Of a stretch of DNA of 64,000 bases, positions 60,321 through 64,000 are shown piece after piece. Positions within the stretch are counted from its first letter, which is position 1. Each line of letters begins with the position of its first letter. The DNA comes from Mustelus asterias (Eukaryota): the NCBI RefSeq assembly GCF_964213995.1, contig NC_135820.1, positions 46,128,001 to 46,192,000 on the forward strand, in the 5' to 3' direction. Under the pieces are notes generated by a model, which was not told the origin of the DNA, did no database searches, and saw only the letters and a list, made by a program, of their open reading frames with translations. The position numbers and the translations under genes are program-made.

Positions 60321-61453
60321 GCTGGAATTCTCCCAAAAACATTCTGAGTGTCATGTGAAAAATGGAATAATTCACGTTGTATTTTCAGTGGGAGTTCAGA
60401 GAAGAATCTCCCACACTCTGTGCACTGCAGAGGCCACCAGCGTGAATATCATTAAAATCTAGGGTGTGGGGCCTATTCCCGCTGGAGAGGCTGAAAGCAG
60501 CATGCTGAGTGGGCCACTGCGCATGTGCCGATCTGTCAGTGCCAAGATCACCGCATTCGCGATGGCCCCACCTCCTGATTGCTGGCCATCTCGATTGCTG
60601 GCCAGCCCCGCAACCCAGCAATGCCAGCTCTCCACACACCCCCGCCCCTCCCCACAGCTCGATCACTGCCCCCTCCCCCCAGACCATTCCTGGGCCCAGT
60701 CCAAAACCCCCCCTCCTGGCCCTCCCCAATCTCCAGCAACCCCCCCCCCCCCCCACAGTCCTGACCTCCCTCTCTAGCTGACCTCGCTAACCCCCAGCCC
60801 GCCCTGATCGCTGGCCTCCCTCCTTCCCCCACTGATCCCCATGCAGAGTGGCAACCGGGCCACCCACCCCCACCAATCGCCCCCAGAACCTGCCCCCATC
60901 AGACCCCACCCCCTAGACCTGCCCCCTAGGCGCCACCCCCTTGCCTCTGCCCCATGCTCGATGGGCAGTGTCAAGGTGCCCGTATGCATTGGCACCTTGC
61001 CCTTTGGGCAGTGCCGGGAGCCCAGGCTGGCAGTGCGAGGGTGCCAATGCCCAGAGGGCACACCCCCTGCCCCTGCACCCGACCCACTGGGGGCCACCCA
61101 GAGTGTCCCCCTTCACTCCAACAGGGTTGGGCTTCTAGCTCTCCGAAAGTGAGGAGCTACTGTAAACCCTGCTGGAATGAATTACTCCTAGCAGGGTGGG
61201 AGAGTCTAATGGGCCTGGAGACTTCAGTCTGTGGCCCACTAAGAGGATTTAAAATATGTGGTAATGAACATTACTATGATTTATGCACCTCCCCTCCAAT
61301 TTCCAGTGCAAAGTTGACGTCGCCGGAAGCCCAGCAATGGGAGATACTAGCAGGCCAGGACACTCAGCATGGATCCTGCGCATTGCACGCCGCTGGAATC
61401 TCCCAGCCTGCTCTCCTAATGTTTTAGCGCAGTGGGATGGGAGAATCACCCCG
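60321..61453. mobile_element. GC-rich non-autonomous Harbinger-like element
   Basis: Ends GGCTGGAATTCTCCC / GGGAGAATCACCC; motifs shared with 25240-26372. Confidence 0.55.
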
Positions 61454-62989
61454 GATATATTCGATTGGAGAGATTGCTTATTCTAATGAAATGGTTATTG
61501 CAACAATTTTACACAATTTCAATCTAATCTAAAGAATGTAGACATCTTGTCATCCCACAGTTTTGTGTGAACATTTTTGAAAATGTGTTAATCTTGTAAA
61601 AGAATGATAGCACATTATCATGTCCTCTAATGTTGCATTGCTCCAACGTGGAGTTGTTTTAACTCTCACTTTGCCTCATTGTATTAATTATACTCTGTCA
61701 AAAATATAGAAATAAACATTTTGCCGTGCTCTCTGTAAGGCCTAGAAGATTAACAATCGCTGATAAATTAGAAATAAATTGACAATTAGTATAACACTGC
61801 ATAGGACAAGTTTCATTTGAAGAGAAATTGAACCTGGATTGATTTCGATATAAAGAATATTAAAGTTTGTGCAGTGAAGTATTCAAAGAAACTTAAATTT
61901 ATTCAGGTAAAATGGGGTTCCTTTCTCTTGGCAGGTGAATTGCCCACGGTGAAACTTAATGATCAATGGGGGATGGAAATTTCCACAATCTCAGCCCAGT
62001 GATACCTTAGACAAGCAGAATTGTTCTGAAATGTGGCTTGCCCTTTGGAGCGCATTGTAGCACAAATATATAAATCTGAATTTCTCTAAATTATATATTC
62101 AGTGGAAATAATCTTGCTTCAATGTTTGGAAAAAAAAACACTTACGTGGCAAACTTTTTAATTGAAACCATCCGAAGGGCTGTGCCATGACAATGGCATT
62201 AGGGCAAATAAAAGCCATTTGTCACGCAGACGCACAGATCACATTAATCATTTAATATTCATTAGAAGGACTACAAAAATAATATTAATAACACTACAAA
62301 AATGTACTAACAGCATAAATTTAAATTATTATTCTATAAAAAGTAATTAATTTTGTAAATTCTTGACAGGATAATCAATCAAATTCAATAAATAATCAAA
62401 TCATTTATTATCTATTCATACAGAAGGAATTTCCCATTCTTTACTGCCTTAAAGCACTAATAATTTTAGACTTTAGAACGGTGAGCCAATCATAGTTAAC
62501 TTGCAGAGTTTCATTTGTTTGTCATATCCATAATTGCATACACGGTAAACCTGAAAAAGTCATGATTCAATATTTAGCAGGTGCATATGACAAAAGAGCT
62601 ACAACATTTGGTTGCATAGTGCCCAGTTTTTTGGTGCTATGGGTGTAGTTGTGCAGCTGTAAAGTGGCCACGCTTTAGTGTTGACCTTCCCTGTGACAGA
62701 AGGACCACAAAAATAATATTAATAACACTACAAAAATGTACTAACAGCATAAATATAAATTTATGGGGGTATTTTCCACACAACCCACCACATGTTTCAT
62801 GGCAGCAGGGGCAGCTTGCCATTGGCCGACAGCAGGATCTTCTGGTCCCACCATTACTAATGGGGTTTCCCGCTGAATGTCCCTCTCGCCATCGGAAGCC
62901 TGCTGCAGGGGTGTGCTGTCAGCAGAACCAGAAGATCCCACCGGCATGAACAGCCTGAAAATGCCTATCCTGGTTTTCCTACACGGTAC

Positions 62990-64000
62990 TAATCCAGTCA
63001 TTGCAGCATGGCTAGTGGAAGGCTGTGACTTTCAGTGGGGAAGACTGCTGATAGTCTAGCAATGGTGAACTCGAGCAGCTCCGATGCTGGAAGACATGGC
63101 TGTGGACTGTGCCACCTTGATATGTGTAGCAATAGTCCCTGGGTTGGCTGGCTGGCTGGCTACAGCAAGGGCACTGTTCGAGTGGCAGGGTGGAATGGCA
63201 AGTGCTATCATCCCAGAGGGAGGACAGCAGATTCATGCTCCACGGTTCCAATGTCACTCCACCGGGACTGGCCTCAGCAATTGTAGCAATCAGTTAGAGG
63301 ACAGATTGTTGGATTGCTGTGGCAACTTGCAAACTACTTTGAAAACGGGTTTCACAGCTATGATGACAGCGGTCTCAGCTTCCATGGCAGCAAGCTGACC
63401 TTGCATGGCTTCTGTCTGCATTTCCATGGCAACATCCAGATTTTAGGTAGCTTCTGCTTGTGTTGCCATGGGAGCTGAGACGTCAACCATCAGATGTTGC
63501 ATCATGGAAGGATCTGCAAGTATTCTCATAGAGTTGGCCATCAATTCTACAATGAAAAGAATGATCTCCAAATTCTGCACAAAGCCCTAGGCTACGTTGG
63601 CCCTGGCTGCCTCCTTCTTTCTTGATGATATGTTCTCCGAGAGGCCTGCCAATGCACTTAACACAACATGCATACTCATCAGCATGTTTCAATAAATCAC
63701 CCGATCAAAGTTCCCATTTGAGTCCACTGCAACAGAACTCGTGTGAAATTATTGGTGAGCTGGCAGCTGTGTTACCCTGGTAGCGGGGCATGATCTTATT
63801 TGTACCAAGTTTCTCACTGTGTGCAGGCTCCACCTCGACACTACTCTCTAAAGCATGCATGTGCCAGTATTTGAGCTGGCGTTTGCAATAGTGAGAGTGA
63901 ATTAATCTGTTTCCTTTATGTAGTGGTCGTCCTGCCCTTCCACCTGTTTCTCTTTCACCACTGCCTGGCCAGTTTGGAGTTCTTGGTTATCTGAAAGAAG
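62990..64000 (-). pseudogene. Possible decayed Harbinger Myb/SANT-ORF C-terminal (coiled-coil) relic
   Basis: Minus strand MATQAEAT*NLDVAMEMQTEAMQGQLAAMEAETAVII heptad-like pattern. Family assignment is from recollection only. Confidence 0.3.

Overview
Eukaryotic (vertebrate) genomic DNA, most likely a cartilaginous fish. The basis is CR1/HER1-type LINEs sharing their 3' tail with HE1-like tRNA-SINEs, plus SacSINE1-like DeuSINE remnants. The window is TE-dense intronic or intergenic sequence with no recognisable multi-exon host gene; only one or two candidate minus-strand exons were seen. Main content: (1) a disabled Ty3/Gypsy element at 1768-7356 whose gag is split by two young CR1 LINEs, giving an in-frame Gag-CR1 RT chimeric ORF; (2) solo LTRs with TSDs; (3) many CR1, L2 and Rex1 fragments and four SINE families; (4) Penelope-like elements with inverted terminal repeats, 12-15 bp TSDs and minimal hammerhead ribozyme motifs; (5) a hAT/Charlie MITE and many PIF/Harbinger-type MITEs. 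The most unusual signal is a Harbinger-type family (3 copies, TIR GGGCCCGATTTTACCA) with conserved ends, where each copy carries a different long fold-back cassette in its centre. No CRISPR, rRNA or true tRNA genes were found. Boundaries of decayed elements are approximate and were read by eye.
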